A stretch of 64,000 nt of DNA. Source: Syncephalis fuscata S228. Lineage: Eukaryota; Fungi; Zoopagomycota. Shown in pieces: positions 61,907 through 64,000 of this stretch (within the stretch, counting starts at the first letter, position 1; each line of letters starts with the position of its first letter). The translations under genes and the position numbers were made by a program. The DNA lies in the NCBI GenBank assembly GCA_025786725.1, contig JAHLTZ010000005.1, positions 620,001-684,000 on the forward strand. Reading direction: 5' to 3'. The notes below the pieces were generated by a model that worked only from the letters and a program-made list of their open reading frames with translations, was not told where the DNA came from and searched no databases.

Positions 61907-62552
61907 ATTTGTGAATAGCTAGCGTTAAATTGCAATAAAAGTAGAAGCTGGTTAAACGACGAAGAGGAAAAGCAGCAAATAGTGGGGTGACTTATAGATT
62001 TACTCGGTAACGAAAAACAGGCCAAAAGCTATTTGACATGTGAGAAAATAAGGCCAGCTTCTTTATTTTGGTAAGCAATATTTATCGGATAAATTCCACG
62101 TTTATTATTGTTACACAGGTGAGATTTTTGTATGCAAAAACTCACCGGCTATGCTAACAGTAATTGAGGTTTGATCAAAAAATGACACTTTCAGCTTACT
62201 CGGATAACAAATCTATACTGGAATATACGAATTTAATTCAACAAACACTTGGCTGAACATCAAACTTAAATATCTAATATTCTTACTGATACCCTTTCTT
62301 TTCTACCATAATAATCATTCTATAGATTGAGCATCACATCTAATTAATTAATTAATCATTAAGTACTTAAATTATTATTATAATAATAATAATAACAGCC
62401 ATTATGCTTTACTCTATTGTATTAACCAAATATTTATTTATTTCATACTCTGTTTTGCAACAGCATAGCATAATGCGTGTTGTGTAGCCATCAATGGTGA
62501 CTTGAGTAATAAAGCATAAAAAGAAATTAATTGAATACATATAGGCAAAACA

Positions 62553-63873
62553 TCAACCAATAACTCGACTGTAATTTGCCAACTCTTCATCGTGGATTAG
62601 TCGTTCATAGCAATTTTTGTCGATGCTAATACAAACTTCAAAACCGCGCTGAAGTTTTGGAATGGTGGCATATCAAGAATACATACTAGAGCTACGGCTG
62701 AACTCATAAAACATCTGCAACGAGTGGGTATCCCATAGCCGAAATCTTTTCATAATAGCCAAACTTTGACCAATCTGTATTGCATAGTCTGCGTACGGAT
62801 CCCAGTTAGCAAGTCTTTCGGTCAATGTTGCTGTCCAGTAATTTCTGCTTCACTAAGCCATTGTTCTTTTGTACTGGATTTGGCGACAAGATTGCTTGGC
62901 GGTTTTTTATTGCTAAGCTGCCTAATGAGCAGCGGGTCATTTCTCCGGCCGTTATGAAGATCTTGGAATGATATAATGCATTTCCAAAATAGTTGTCTGG
63001 TATGCCTGGAAAACAGGAACGCATGTTAATAGCAGCCTGTTCGATTAATAACTGATCAGCACTTATTTTTCGTGCTCTTGTAATGGCGCGCAAAGATAAT
63101 GCAACAACGGCATCCATAGTTGATAACCAATATTTGTTTCTTTCTTCAGCGGTAAGTGATTCAATAGCATCTTCTTTTAATGCTGCAAGATTTTCTGGCG
63201 TAAATTGAAAAATAATCCTTCTTTAGCTGATTTCTTGCTGATTGAAGTGCACAATGCACTTCTTTTCTGCGCTCTTCCTGTTGCTGCAATTCAGTGGGTT
63301 TTGGGTCAAGCATTAGTAGTCGACGATCGCCTGTAGGCAATGGCGGATTTTTACCACGCACAAATGCCGCCCAATCTTTAATAAAAAGCATAGAAGCAAG
63401 TCCATCGGCAACATAATGATGGCAGGCGACGCTTACCGCCACGCCAGAGTTGTTGGCATAGCGAGTTACTTTCACACCAAGTATGGGCTGTTTCTCAGAT
63501 TGAGGCCCTTGAATGGCTTGTAAATCGTTTGTTATAGTATGTTGTGGCCAATCCGGTTCAAATATCGAAATATCATCACCAGAAAAAGCCTCAGTAAAAA
63601 GTACACCCTTGGTTGAAGGTTGCACCTCGAATTCTCCGTCATCACGAAGCTTCAAATGTCCATAAAGAATGGGATAGTTTAGTAGCGTTTTTTTGAGACC
63701 TTGAATTAGCCGATCAGTTGGCATAAAATCGGATGCATGATCGTGGTTTTTATAAAAAAAGAACTGGTGTGGATACATTGGTATTGGAAAGTGGTCGGCA
63801 TGATTTAGACGATATATCTGTTTCGCATGATTACTGTTGGGCGATAGCCATATTTCTTGCTGGACACAATCAT
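62553..63873 (-). CDS. CoA-dependent acyltransferase, transferase family (BAHD/Tri101-like), intronless, several apparent indels
   Basis: L..TL..YPILYG, HXXXD motif HYVADG, YFGNA, and DFGYG (DFGWG-like) near the C-terminus. Confidence 0.85.
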
Positions 63874-64000
63874 ATTTAAGCAGCAGATTAATAACAAGTG
63901 TAATTAACTACAAAACAACAATAACGACACTATCAATTGTTTATAAATAATAGATACAAAAGCATGCAAGCTTTATAGACTGCATGTTTTTATAAGTCAA

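Overview
AT-rich, intron-dense eukaryotic DNA with short (~45-100 nt) spliceosomal introns. The gene content points to an early-diverging fungus; a Zoopagomycota/Syncephalis-like mycoparasite is my inference only. The left and middle parts carry housekeeping genes: an ANKRD54-like ankyrin protein, an inositol polyphosphate 5-phosphatase, two aminoacylase-1 paralogues (one with a signal peptide), a short KDM5/JARID1, a long-chain acyl-CoA synthetase, a kinase pseudogene, an anoctamin, USP7, LUC7, USP48, FIT/SCS3 and an APC15-like gene. The right end (50-64 kb) is almost intronless and accessory-like: five secreted ML/NPC2 lipid-binding genes, a secreted orphan, an OPT transporter, a fatty-acid-hydroxylase-superfamily enzyme and a BAHD-type acyltransferase. 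Several things are missed by the ORF track. (1) A decayed Fanzor/TnpB-like RNA-guided nuclease C-terminus at ~2.2-2.66 kb (-), followed by hairpins that could be its omegaRNA/element end. (2) A MITE-like family with long imperfect TIRs. (3) Three recent inverted duplications: a 509-bp hairpin, 1.46-kb arms around a 14.5-kb gene block, and an ~0.8-kb acyl-CoA synthetase fragment. (4) An unusually high number of GC-AG introns. (5) A GC-rich, stem-dense ~550-nt candidate ncRNA. Many -1 frameshifts, mostly in homopolymers, look like assembly errors rather than biology. All alignments and folds were done by eye, so coordinates at degenerate ends are approximate.
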